Source: Chiloscyllium plagiosum
Lineage: Eukaryota
Reading direction: 5' to 3'
DNA: 34,677 nt
NCBI RefSeq assembly: GCF_004010195.1
Contig: NC_057749.1
Location: forward strand, 14,852,390-14,887,066
Below are positions 21,319-32,112 of this stretch, piece by piece. The translations under genes were made by a program, and so were the position numbers. The notes under the pieces were generated by a model. That model ran no database searches, was not told the DNA's origin, and saw only the letters and a program-made list of their open reading frames with translations. Within the stretch, counting starts at the first letter, position 1; the number at the start of each line of letters is the position of its first letter.

Positions 21319-22392
21319 AAAAACACAACACAAAGACAAGTCTTCTTTTGTGTCTGTCTTTCTATCCTTAAGCATGAGGCTTTTCTTTCTGAATAATGAG
21401 CTTGAAAGAGCTAAATTATGATTCAGCAATGGGCAAAGGAAGCCTTAACTTGCATTTTGCTTCTTCATTCTGACCCTTTATTTTTGAATGTAACGGTATA
21501 TTAGTTGTTTTTTAAAAAGGGAGTCTTAGCCAGGTCCGACAAACCTTACTTCCAGACGTTGAGTTTTGACTGTGTTTTTTGATTCCCATATTAAATTTCA
21601 GTCAGTATTTCACATTGAATTTTGCTATGTCAACTGTCACGTCACAGTTGCAACCCTTGGCCACTAAGTGGCTCTATGGAGCAGGTATCTGATACATCTA
21701 TGTTAATTCCATCGCAGTTCGGTCAGTCAGAAAATCCTCCATCCATCAGCTGAATGTGAACAGAGCCACGGACATTTTGCCAGTTAGTATTTGTAGTTAG
21801 TTCAGATCGATAATCAGTGTATGTAATGAACATTTGTAATGAGTTATGAATTGCAATAAGCATTTGCCATTCTATGTTATTGGTATGTGTAAAAAAAGTG
21901 TTTCGAATAAACATATAGTATTAGCATTTGAAGTTAGTATTGGAAATTAGCATATGTTAATAATAAGTAATTGTAGTTAACATGTGTATTTAGTCCATCT
22001 AATTAATATTTGTAATAAGCATCCAAACCATATTTTATGATCAATTAGATTGCTAACTTTAGGAAGTGTGGTATTTGGGATTCACTCAGTGCCTTGGGTT
22101 TCGAGATTGTAGAAAAAATGGGGGAGGGAACACGTTCCTGACTGGATTCCCTGTGGAAGGATTCACATCCATCAGATTCTTAACTGCTGTCCAGTGAAGA
22201 TACTGGGTCTGGAATGCACCTGGAAGTGGGTGTTGTTTGTGGATGGAGTTAAGCTCGATTGTGAGGTCTTCCACAGTTGATTTCTCCAGCCATATTTTCT
22301 AGGAGGGACAAGGCTTGGGGACAGCAATCAAGTGGTGACGGTGAAGTGAGCAGGGCTGTGATGCTTTTCAAAGTAGAATAGCCTGGCTTACT

Positions 22393-22577
22393 AAAAGCCA
22401 AAAGGACTGTGGATGCTGTAAATCAGAAACAAAAACAGAAATAGCTGGGAAAGCTCAGCGTCTGTGGAGAGAAATCAGCGTTAATGTTTTGGTCCGGTGA
22501 CTCAACCTAAAACGTTAACTCTGATTTCTCTCCACAGCTGGTGCCAGACCTGCTGAGCTTTTCCAGCTATTTCTGTT
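22393..22577. mobile_element. Penelope-derived fold-back mini-element (third family)
   Basis: Arms aaacagaaatagctgggaaagctcagc..ctgtggagagaaatcag / ctgatttctctccacag..gctgagcttttccagctatttctgttt. Confidence 0.75.
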
Positions 22578-23137
22578 TCTAGATTAGAGTGGTGCTGGAA
22601 AAGCACAGCAGTTCAGGCAGCATCCGAGGAGCAGGAAATCGACAATTCGGGCAAAAGCCCTTCATCAGGAATACAGGCAGAGTGCCTGCAGGGTGGAGAG
22701 ATATATGAGAGGAATGTGGGGGTGGGGAGAAAGTAGCATAGAGTACAATAGGTGAATGGGGGTGGGGAGGAAGGTGATAGGTCAGAGAGGAAGGTGGAGT
22801 GGATAGGTGGAAAGGAAGATAGGCAGGTAGGACAGGTCATGGGGACGGTGCTGAGCTGGAAGTTTGGAACTGGGGTGAGGTGGGGGAAGGGGAAATGAGG
22901 AAACTGTTGAAGTCCACATTGATGCCCTGGGGTTGAAGTGTTCCAAGGCGGAAGACGAGGCGTTCTTCTTCCAGACGTCGGGTGGTGAGGGAGCGGCTAT
23001 GGAGGAGGCCCAGGACCTCCATGTCCTCGGCAGAGTGGGAGGGGGAGTTGAAATGTTGGGCCACAGGGCGGTGTGGTTGATTGGTGCAGGTGTCCCGGAG
23101 ATGTTCCATAAAGCGCTCTGCTAGGAGGCGCCCAGTC
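22578..23137 (-). mobile_element. Penelope-like retroelement 3' end: GIY-YIG endonuclease C-terminal remnant plus pseudo-LTR
   Basis: Minus ORF TGRLLAERFMEHL...PVAQHFNSPSHS..DMEVLGL...RRLEEERLVFRLGTLQPQGIN; hammerhead-like CUGAUGA..gggcuuuugccc-GAAU at 22639-22670; tttctgtt duplicated at 22570-22577 and 23138-23145. Confidence 0.9.
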
Positions 23138-23418
23138 TTTCTGTTGGTGTAGCCTGACTTTCTGCCTGAGTTGGCCAATAAGGATTGTTGTGTCTAGGAG
23201 AGGAACTGTGGTGCGCAGATCTAATTGCAGGGGGCACCCTGAGGACAGAAGTTTTAAAAGGAGGCAGGTTTGAGAGCTTTTGGCTAGCCATCGTTTATCC
23301 CCAGTTTCCTGCCCACCCTTACAGCTCACGGCTCCCCCCACTGAAGCTGCTCACCATCGCCCCCTCCTGGCTTCTTCTGCTGATCTAAAATCCTGAGCTT
23401 GACCATCCCCAAGACCAG

Positions 23419-23488
23419 AGCATGACATCCCCACACTGAAAGCATGACATCCCCACACTGAAAGCATGACATCCCCACACTGAGAGCA
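23419..23488. repeat. 22-bp tandem repeat x3
   Basis: agcatgacatccccacactgaa, with catgac at 23421, 23443 and 23465. Confidence 0.95.
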
Positions 23489-24146
23489 GCTGTGGGTACT
23501 CACGTTGTTAAACTAGTTGCTCTGCTCTGCCCTGCATGTCTTTGGGTGTGAACTAACCTGGGTCTCGTTTCCCTTGTTGAACAGCGTTCTGAGCATGCTA
23601 AACCTCCTCCGACAGAGAAATTCCATCATGTAATCCTTTCTCTTAATGCTGTTTAACCATGAGACACGCACATTCATTTGTACCTAATAAATAATTTATT
23701 TTTCAAAGAAAAAACACCTTTCTGCACTTTTCCTGTTGGTTTTCTTTTCCAGCTGGCACTGAATGTTTTCAATACAGATTGATTCCAAGCTTTAATCTGC
23801 AACTTGAACGTTGAAATGGGTGACTCCTGACCACTCTGATTACTGCCTGCTTTCCTCCTGACATTGTAGCTGGTGGGTCCTTTCAGAGCCATTCAGTCTC
23901 TACCATTTCCTCATTCTGTCATGTGGGAGCCTTAACTACACAGCGAGGTGAGGGCTTAATGATAGTACATCCACAGACTGAGGTGGTGCTTGAGGGACCC
24001 GGGTCTGAATCCCCCCAAGACAGACAGTGGAAGTCAAATTCAATTTAAAAACAAATCTGGGATTGAGAGTCTAATGATGGCCTTGAAACAAAAAGGAAAT
24101 CTAAAATCCTTTTGAGATTTTAGCCTCTCATGTGTCTCTTCCATTG

Positions 24147-24540
24147 ACAATGGACTGCTGAACATTAATCTTTCTGTAATGTCCATGTGCAAAATAGTCC
24201 TTTAAATTTAAGAGGCTTCAAGTCCCATCTGCTTCTGAGGGGTGTCCTAACATCTCTGAACAGTGTGTTATGATGCACTGGGAGGGGATGGTTTTGTCAC
24301 TTGCATAGTCATCCAGAGGGCCCAATTATTGCCATGGGCACCCAGGTTCAAATCCCACCACGACCGCTGGTGGAATTCAAATTCAATTAGATAATAAAAT
24401 CTGGAATTTAAAACTGACCATGTTAATGATCATGATCATCAGTTGTTGTAAAAACCCATCTCATTCACTAATGTCCTTCAGGGAAGGAAATCTGCCATCC
24501 TTACCCAGTCTGGCCGACAGTGACTCCAGACCCGCAGCCA
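24147..24540 (+). repeat. Dispersed duplicate of 11173-11601 (flank plus SINE pieces)
   Basis: Both begin acaatggactgctgaac..ttaatc.ttctgtaatg and end ccttacccagtctggccgacagtgactccag..gcagcca. Confidence 0.85.
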
Positions 24541-24634
24541 GTGAGAGCTGGTGGAATTCAAATTCTATTATTAGATAATAAAATAATTCAAAGCTGATCA
24601 ACGATGGTGACCATGATCATGATCATCGTCATTA

Positions 24635-25070
24635 AGTCATACAGCACGAGAAACAAAGCCCTTGGTCCAACCAGTCTGTGCCGACTGTAATCCCAAGCTA
24701 AACCAGTCCCACCTGCCTGCTCCTGGCCCATATCCCTCCAAACCTTTCCTCTTCATGTACTTATCCAAATGTCTTTTAAACACTCTAACTGTGCGCACAC
24801 CCACCACTTCCTCAGGAAGTTCATTCCACACATGAACTACCCTCTGTGTTTAAAAAAAAAAAGTCCCCTAGTCTTGAAATCCCCCACCCTAGGGAAAGGA
24901 CAACTACCATTAACTCTATCCAAACCCCTCATATTATTTTATAAACTTCTATAAGGTCGCCTCTCAAACTCCTACGCTCCATTAAAAAAAAGTCCCAATC
25001 TATCCAGCCTTTTTAATAACTCAAACCTTCCATACCCAGCAACATCCTGGTAAAGCTCTTCTGAACCTCC
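24635..25070 (-). mobile_element. CR1 LINE 3' fragment inserted in a family 'B' SINE (SINE resumes ~25072-25270)
   Basis: Minus ORF WNELPEEVV..TVRVFKRHLDKYMKRKGLEGYG; closely related to 7230-7692. Confidence 0.92.
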
Positions 25071-25399
25071 TTTGGTCATCAGTTCTTTGTAAAATCTCAT
25101 CTGGTTCACTAACATCCTTTAGGGAAGGAAATCCACCATCCTTACCTGGCTTGGCCTAGATGTGACTCCAGACCCACAGCAATGTGGTTGACTCTTAATT
25201 GCCATCTGATTAGTGACAGGCAGTAAATGGCCCAGCCAGTGATGCCCACATCTCTGAACAAGTTAAAGAAATATTGACTATGGGAGCAATATCTTGCACA
25301 GACACCCACACCCCAGAACTGCTCAGTAACCTTTGGGCAAGCCTTCTTTCCAGAGGGCTGGGCCATGGGCCTCCTTTCAATGGGTCCATGCTTTTCGGG

Positions 25400-25600
25400 A
25401 AGACCCTTGCCTACTGGATAATGGTTGACCAGGGGGTGCTGTCTGGCTCTTTGGTGCTGCCGGCTGGTTTTTGGACAGTCAACCTGTTCAATCTTGTTAC
25501 TCATGCACTTCCATTGTCAACATGTCCTGGTGTGAGATTGTAAACTGAGATCTCCTAGCCCAGAGGTAGAGACAGTACCCACTGTACCACAAGATCTCCC
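25400..25600 (-). mobile_element. tRNA-derived SINE of a further family (related heads at ~9860-9960, ~10860-10990, ~11238-11330)
   Basis: Reverse complement gggagatcttgtggtacagtgggtactgtctctacctctggg...gaacaggttga; the 3' limit is uncertain. Confidence 0.5.
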
Positions 25601-26259
25601 ATCAGGGCTGTGTATTTGGTAACCATTCACCCCTGGGAGTGGTGACTGAAAGCAGAATGATCAGATGAGAATAAGGAACAGACGGTTCACGTAATTCCCT
25701 CTGAAATGAAAGGAACTGGTGATTTACCAGTGAAGGATGTGTTCTGTAACATTTTTATCTGAGGGAATAGAGAATGTAGGAAGTCTAGGGTAAGACATTT
25801 GGAGTTTATTAATTCATTCACAGGATGTGGGTATTGGTGGCTAGGCTGACTCTAATTGGTCTGGTGAAGATGACAGGCAGTTGCCTTTAATTTATCCTTG
25901 TACAGGATCACAGAATTTATTACAGTACGGAAAGAGACTATTCAGCCCGTCATGTCTGGACCAACTCTAGTGACAATCTTGTGCCTTGTCCCATATCCCT
26001 GCCTGATATTACAACCTAAAAAAAACCACACATCTAGTGTCCTTTGGAATGCTTCAATTGAATAGTATAATAGTTCGAATTGTACCTCTCAATTATACCT
26101 TTATTTAAAAAGAAAGAGGTATAAAACTGGCAATAATGGACCAGTTAGCTTAATGCTTAGTATTTGGAAAATCAGTCTGTTAGAAAGGATGTAATTACAG
26201 AGCATTGAGAAATACATCATAAAATCAAATAAAATCAACTTGGCTTCATAACAGGGAAG

Positions 26260-26510
26260 AGTGTATGTGTGCGTCTCTCTCTGTGCATCTCCCTCTGTTG
26301 ATGTGTGTCACACCATCTTGTGTATGTATGTTTCTATGTCTGTGAGTTTTTTTCTCTCTTTCTATCTGTGTGTTTCTGACTGCATCTCTCTCTCTGTCAG
26401 TGTCACATTGTCTTGTGTATGTGTGTCTCTGTTTGCGTGTCCATGTGTGTGCCTCTCTTTGTGTACCTGTGTGCCTTTGTCTGCGTTTCTGTCTGTCTGT
26501 CTCTGTTGCT
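26260..26510. repeat. Degenerate (TG)/(TC) low-complexity tract
   Basis: Direct read. Confidence 0.85.
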
Positions 26511-26581
26511 GATTTCAGGCAGTGAAGTAATCACTGTTTGACTCAGAGATAATTCTCTGTGAAAATTAGTGGATGGGCTTG

Positions 26582-27030
26582 GAGTCATAGACTAATAGAG
26601 ATATACAGCATGGAAAAAGACCCTTTGGTCCAACTCGTCCATGCTGACCAGATATCCCAACCTAATCTAGTCCCATTTGCCAGCACTTGGTCCATATCCC
26701 TACAAGCCCTTCCTATTCATGTACCAAATCAGATGCCTTTTAAATGCCGTAATTGTGTCAGACTTCACTACTTTCTTTGGCAGCTCATTCTATATACATA
26801 CAACTCTCTGTGTGAAAATGTTGTCCTTTAGGCCCCTTTGAAATCTTTCCCCTCTCATCCTGAACCTATGCCCTCTAGTTCTGGACTCCCCCACCCCAGG
26901 GAAAAAACCTTGTTTATTCACCCTGTCTGTGCCCTTCATGATTTTATAAACCTCTATAAGGTCACCCCTTAGTCTCTGATGCTCCAGGGAAAACAGCCCC
27001 AGCTTCTCCCTAGAGCTCAAGTTCTCCAGA
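26582..27030 (-). mobile_element. CR1 LINE 3' fragment
   Basis: Minus ORF LGLFSLEHQRLRGDLIEVYKIMKG..ESRTRGHRFRMRGERF..FTQRVV. Confidence 0.93.
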
Positions 27031-27984
27031 CTGGATGGTATTGGGAACCTATGGATTATCCGGCAGAGGAGGAGGGATGGTGATGAAAATCTGGAGCAGA
27101 GCAGTGGTGGATAAGAGGAAAAGGAAGGGGAGGGGAAGGAATAAGGGGACTAGGGGTGTATAAGAGGGCAATGGAGAAGGAATGGGCAAAGTAAAAAAAA
27201 GACATTTAGAAGAAGGGAGGGCAGAGCTGAGAAACATTAGCCCGAGCATGAAGTACATAAAAATTCCATTCAGCACATTTAATCAGAAAAAGGCAGTGAG
27301 TCTCACAAAGAGACCGTGCAGACTCCAGTAAAGCCCAGGATCTCATCCCATTAACTAAAATGTCAGCGTGATGGGGTCCTGGCCTGATGTTCAAACCATT
27401 CAAAGCCCAGCCCTTCTGGCTGATGATATCATCTGAGCACTCAAACGGATTAAATCACCTTGTCCTCTCTCTCCATGACTCCGTGCTTTCCATATCCACT
27501 TACCCACAGCAGCCAGCGCGCAGACTGGGAAACAGAGTTGAGAGCATTGAGCGGGCACCTTCTTACTGCGTTCAGATCAAAACATCATGGTGAAATTTTA
27601 CAAAAACACACAGGAGACCAGCAAGCTGATCCTGACTGCAATAATTGGAGGGAAAGCAGCAAACGTCTTGACAGAATTGCACAAGATCAGCAAGCTCTGT
27701 CTGTCAGCGTCTGAAAGGACATGAGAAACAAAAGGTTCCATTTAACTAGGTCTGCACACAAACCCACAACATTCCAGCCTGAGTTAGTGGTGGAGACAGA
27801 GACTCTGAACTCTTTCTGGATCAGCACTTTAAATACAGTAAACTGAAGGGCTATGGGCTGTGTGCAGGAAGATGGGATTAGAAAGGACAGCTGAGTGTCT
27901 ATAGGGTTGGCATGGACAAGATGGACCGAATGACGCCCTTTGGAGCTGTATTATTTCTGCGGTTTACAGCTGGTGAAGTTACTG

Positions 27985-28085
27985 ACGAAATGCTGTTGCT
28001 GTTGTAAGGCAGCGACCGAGTTGTACACAGCAAGATCCCACAAATGATGATGGGCTAGTGACCAGATAATCTGTTTTAGGGCAAA
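27985..28085 (-). mobile_element. Deu-domain SINE fragment
   Basis: Reverse complement aaaacagattatctggtcac...tttgtgggatcttgctgtgtacaact. Confidence 0.6.
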
Positions 28086-28393
28086 TCACTAACTGAGTCA
28101 CAGCTTTGTGGATGATCTCCAGGCAGAGCTTTGTATCCCAGTGAGGAGCCCGTAGACGTTGGCACCTCACCTCCCACCTCCTAGGGCCCTTCCAGCACTG
28201 CAGGGACCTTCCCAGTCCTCAGTGACCTTCCCCTTTGCAATCTGAGACAAAAGTTTCCCATTGGGATTTATTCAAAAGATGCACATCAAATGAATTCTGA
28301 TCGGATGATCTGCTCTTTCTATTGGCGTCACGGATCTTGCGAAATGTCCTTCACATCAGAAGTGATCAACCTGCCAGAGAAATTCCAATTTTG

Positions 28394-28957
28394 GTGCTGT
28401 CCCAGACCTGGGAGTGTTTGATGGGGATGGTGTAGAGGGGGCTTTACTCAGTTTCCAGCTCTGTGCTGTCCCTGTCCTGGGAGTGTTTGATGGGGATGGT
28501 GTAGAGGGGGCTTTACTCAGTTTCCAGCTCTGTGTAGTCCCTGTCCTGGGAGTGTTTGATGGGGATGGTGTAGAGGGGTCTTTACTCTGTATATAACCCC
28601 ATGCTGTCCCTGTCCTGGGAGTGTTTGATGGGGATGGTGTAGAGGGGGCTTTACCACTATCTAACCCCGTGCTGTCCCAGACCTGGGAGTGTTTGATGAA
28701 ATAGCAGGGCTCTTCAGCTCATGTTCCTGACCTTGGTGATCAGAGAGGAGGATTTTATATCAAACTGGCTTTACTCTGTATCTAACCCCATGCTGTCCCT
28801 GTCCTGGGAGTCTTTGATGGGGATGGTGTAGAGGGAGCTTTACCAGTATCTAACCCCGTGCTGTCCCTATCCTGGGAGTGTTTGATGAAATAGCAGGGCT
28901 CTTCAGCTCATGTTCCTGACCTTGGTGATCAGAGAGGAGGATTTTATATCAAACTGG
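28394..28957 (-). repeat. ~69-bp minisatellite (same family as 12770-13408, opposite orientation) with a 189-bp tandem duplication
   Basis: gggagtgtttg at 28410, 28479, 28548, 28617 and 28685; duplicated block 28580-28768 / 28769-28957. Confidence 0.92.
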
Positions 28958-29545
28958 GGGTTCAGTCCAGCCACACTTCGGAAACAGAGCGTTAGTGAGG
29001 TGCAGCATTCTGAATGAATCCAATCTCCTCCCTAATCTGGCAAAGAAGCTGGTCGTGATTTCCTGAAGGTCTCAGTTCTCTGGCGGGAAGTGTTTTTCTG
29101 ACCTGCAGGTTAATGATACCACTCTGCACAGTTCTCGTTCAATCTGTATTAGACTGATTCAACACAAAGGACCCTGACAATTCTTTCTCTCTCTTATCTG
29201 AGCTATGTGAAAGAAACTCATTAACCAGAAGGGTTCAATAACCGTGAGTCAGGGACAGGCAGCTTCATAGTATCGTATGGAAAATAAGCACACACTCAGG
29301 CTGCTCTCGCACACTCACACCTGCTTACACACCATCTACACACACTGCTTACGCAATCATGTTCACTCCTGCTCACTCTGTCACATGCACTGTACACACA
29401 CAGACGTGCTCCTGTGCATAAATGCACAATTGTACACACGTGCGCCTGGAGGCACACACACCCCCTCATGCTCACACCCACCTTCACATCCAGACAACCA
29501 GCAGGTGGGGTGACCCCATGCACACACTCGTTTGTACACACACAT

Positions 29546-29900
29546 GAGGTTTATAAAATCATGAGGGGCATGGATAGGGTAAATAGACAAAGTCTTTTCC
29601 CTGGGATGGGGGAGTTCAGAACTAGGGAGCATAGGTTTAGGGTGAGAGGGGAAAGACATAAAAAGGAACTAAGGGACAACTTTTTCATGGGACATGTATG
29701 GAATAAGCTGCCAGAGGAAGTGGTGGAGGCTGGTACAATTAAAAGGCAACTGGATGGGTATATGAATAGGAAGGGTTTAGAGGGATGGGGGTAAATGCTG
29801 TCAAATGGGACTAGATTAATTTAGGATATTTGGTCAACATGGATGAATTGGACTGAAGGGTCTATTTCCGTGCTGTACATATCTATAACTCCACGACTGT
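29546..29900 (+). mobile_element. CR1 LINE 3' fragment, preceded by a CA-rich tract at ~29290-29545
   Basis: EVYKIMRGMDRVN..LFPGMGEFRTREHRFRVRGER..WNKLPEEVVEAGT..LDGYMNRKGLEG. Confidence 0.93.
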
Positions 29901-30292
29901 ATGAACATACACTCCAGAGAAACGACGAATACATCCCCTCCTTCCACAAAACCCTGTACTAAGGAAGACCGTGTCAATCTTCAGATGTGACTCCAGACCC
30001 ACAGCAATGTGGTTGCCTCTTAACTGCCCTCTGGGAAATTAGAGATGGGCAATAGATGCTGGCTTGGCCACATCCCGTGAGTGAATAACACCAGCTCGCT
30101 CAGGAGGCCATTCTGCCTTACCCTCTCCCTAGTGATTTGAGGGATACTGGGGTTCATTTCCCACAGGCAGGACACTCCGTTTTGCATCAAGCCTAGGAGG
30201 CAGGTATTCAGACTGGCTTCAACGAGGGTCTTCCATAGAAACAGGAGCATGCTGTTCAGCCCCTCAAATTTGTTATGCTGTTAAATAAGATT

Positions 30293-30435
30293 GTTAAAAA
30301 TCACACAACACCAGGTGATAGTCCAACAGGTTTATTTGAAAGTACTAGCTTTCGGAACGCTGCTCCTTCACCAGGTGTTCATCAGGAGCAGTGAACAGTG
30401 CCGTCACGTCGAATGATATCATGGTTTCACTCCTG
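30293..30435 (-). mobile_element. Penelope chimera: short RT-motif fragment joined to a pseudo-LTR fragment
   Basis: Minus strand encodes ETMISFDVTALFT, then the second-family pLTR (gaaggagcagcgttccgaaagctagtac...gtgtgatttttaac); taagat on both sides. Confidence 0.7.
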
Positions 30436-30559
30436 TAAGATCGAGGTATGAATTTTCTTTTTCCCATTTCCCTCATGCTAACTGCCCAAAAGAGTGGAAG
30501 TTGTCTCAGGAGGGAGTTCAAGATAGGAGAATGCAGGAATCTTTTTAAAACCAATCAAG

Positions 30560-31420
30560 GCATTCGTCAGACCACAACTGGAATACTGTGAGCAGTTCTG
30601 GGTCCCTTATCTGAGGAAGGATACACTGGCATTGGAGACTATCCAGAGAAGGTTCACTCAGCTTATTCCAGCAATGGAGGCACTGTCTTCTGAGGACAGG
30701 TTGAGTAGGTTGGCCCTTACTCGCTGGAGGTTAGAAGGCTGGGAGGCAATCTTATTTAAATATATAGAGTTATTAGGAATCTTAATAAAGTAGGTAGGAA
30801 ACGTTGTTTACTTTCATGAGAGAGACGAGGGGGAGGCTATGGCCTAGTGGTATTATCAATGGCCTGTAAATCCAGAGACACAGGTAATGTTCTGGGGACC
30901 TGGGTTTGAATCCTGCCGTAGCAGATGGTGGAGTGTGAATTCAATAAACATCTGGAATTAAGAATCTTCTGATGATCATGAATCCATTGTCGGAAAAGCC
31001 CAACTGGTTTACTTTCGGGAATGAAATCTGCCAGCCTTACCTGGTCAGACCTACATATGACTCCAGACCCACAGCAATGTGGTTGACTCTGAACTGCCCT
31101 CTGGGAAACTAGGGCTGAGCAATAAATACAGGCCTGGCCAGAGACACCCTCTTCTGTGAATAAAATTTTAAAAATCTCAGAGTAAGGGTTGAACTCCGAG
31201 ATGAAGTATTTCATCACTCAGGGGGTAGTGAATCTGTGGAATTCTTTACCACCGAGGGCTTGAGAGGCTGGATTGTTAAGTATATTCAAGGTTGAGAGAG
31301 GATGATTAATCAAGGGTTCTGGAGAAAGGGCAGAAAAGTGGATTTGAGGCTTATCAGATCAGCCGAGATGGAGCAGACTAAATGGGCTGAATGGCCCTCT
31401 TCTGCTCTAACATCTTGTGG
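30560..31420 (+). mobile_element. CR1 3' fragment split by a SINE
   Basis: gtcagaccacaactggaatactgtgagcagttctgg (RPQLEYCEQFW)...; resumes at ~31166 with tttcatcactcagggggtagtgaatctgtggaattc...gggctgaatggcc. Confidence 0.8.
30831..31165 (+). mobile_element. tRNA-derived SINE (family 'B'), near full length
   Basis: A-box tggcctagtgg, B-box gggtttgaatcc, core tgactccagacccacagcaatgtggttgactct, tail gggaaactagggctgagcaataaatacaggcctggccag. Confidence 0.85.
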
Positions 31421-31714
31421 CCTAGCCTAACAGTTTGACAGTGCAATCACTGAGGTACAATGGAGGGAAAGGTAGGAGCATTTGGATCATCAAGAATTGC
31501 CTGAAAACTGGTTGAAGATGTTTGAGTCTTTCAGCAAGGCAGCATTTGGGGGGTCCTGGCAGAATTTTTCCATGAGTATGTGAGAATTGAGATACCTACA
31601 GGTAGGCATGACGCTGGACCCTACAGGCAGGGTTATGGGGGCACACCTCACAAACTGTGAACACATCCTGGCATCAACGTAATGTTCTGCACTCCCAACA
31701 AACAGAATTGTGTA

Positions 31715-32112
31715 ACCACTTCCACAGACATCCACTCCCTCCACCACAGACACTCAGTAGCAGCAGTGTGTACTATCTGTACGATGCACTGCAGAAATTC
31801 ACCAAAGATTCTCAGACAGCACCTTTCAAACCCACGACGACTTCCATCTATAAGGACAAGGGCAGCAGATACATGGGAGCACCACCTCCCCGCAAGTTCC
31901 CCTCCAAGCCACACACCATCCTGATTCGGAAATATATCGCTGTCCCTTCACTGTTGCTGGGTCAATATCCTGGAATTCCCTCCCTGAGGGCATTGTGGGT
32001 CGACCTACAGCACATGGACTGCAGCAGTTGAAGAAGACAGCTCACCCCACCTTCTCCAGGGGCAACTAGGGACGGATAATAAATAGTGACTCAGCCAGTG
32101 ATGCCCATGAGA
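31715..32112 (+). mobile_element. 3' end of a CR1/L2-group LINE (clade not resolved)
   Basis: Translates as IHSLHHRHSVAAVCTI..MHCRNSPKILRQHL, later tcctggaattccctccct (WNSLP); tail gggcaactagggacgg..aataaat..cagccagtgatgccca. Confidence 0.8.

Noticed and set aside
23725..23815. Strong-looking acceptor ttttcttttccag as an additional SHF exon
   Set aside because: The phase-1 frame stops after about 20 codons, with no SHF similarity and no convincing donor.
28394..28957. CRISPR-like or coding repeat (FDGDGVEG ORF)
   Set aside because: Contiguous ~69-bp satellite units; the ORF is a by-product of the period.
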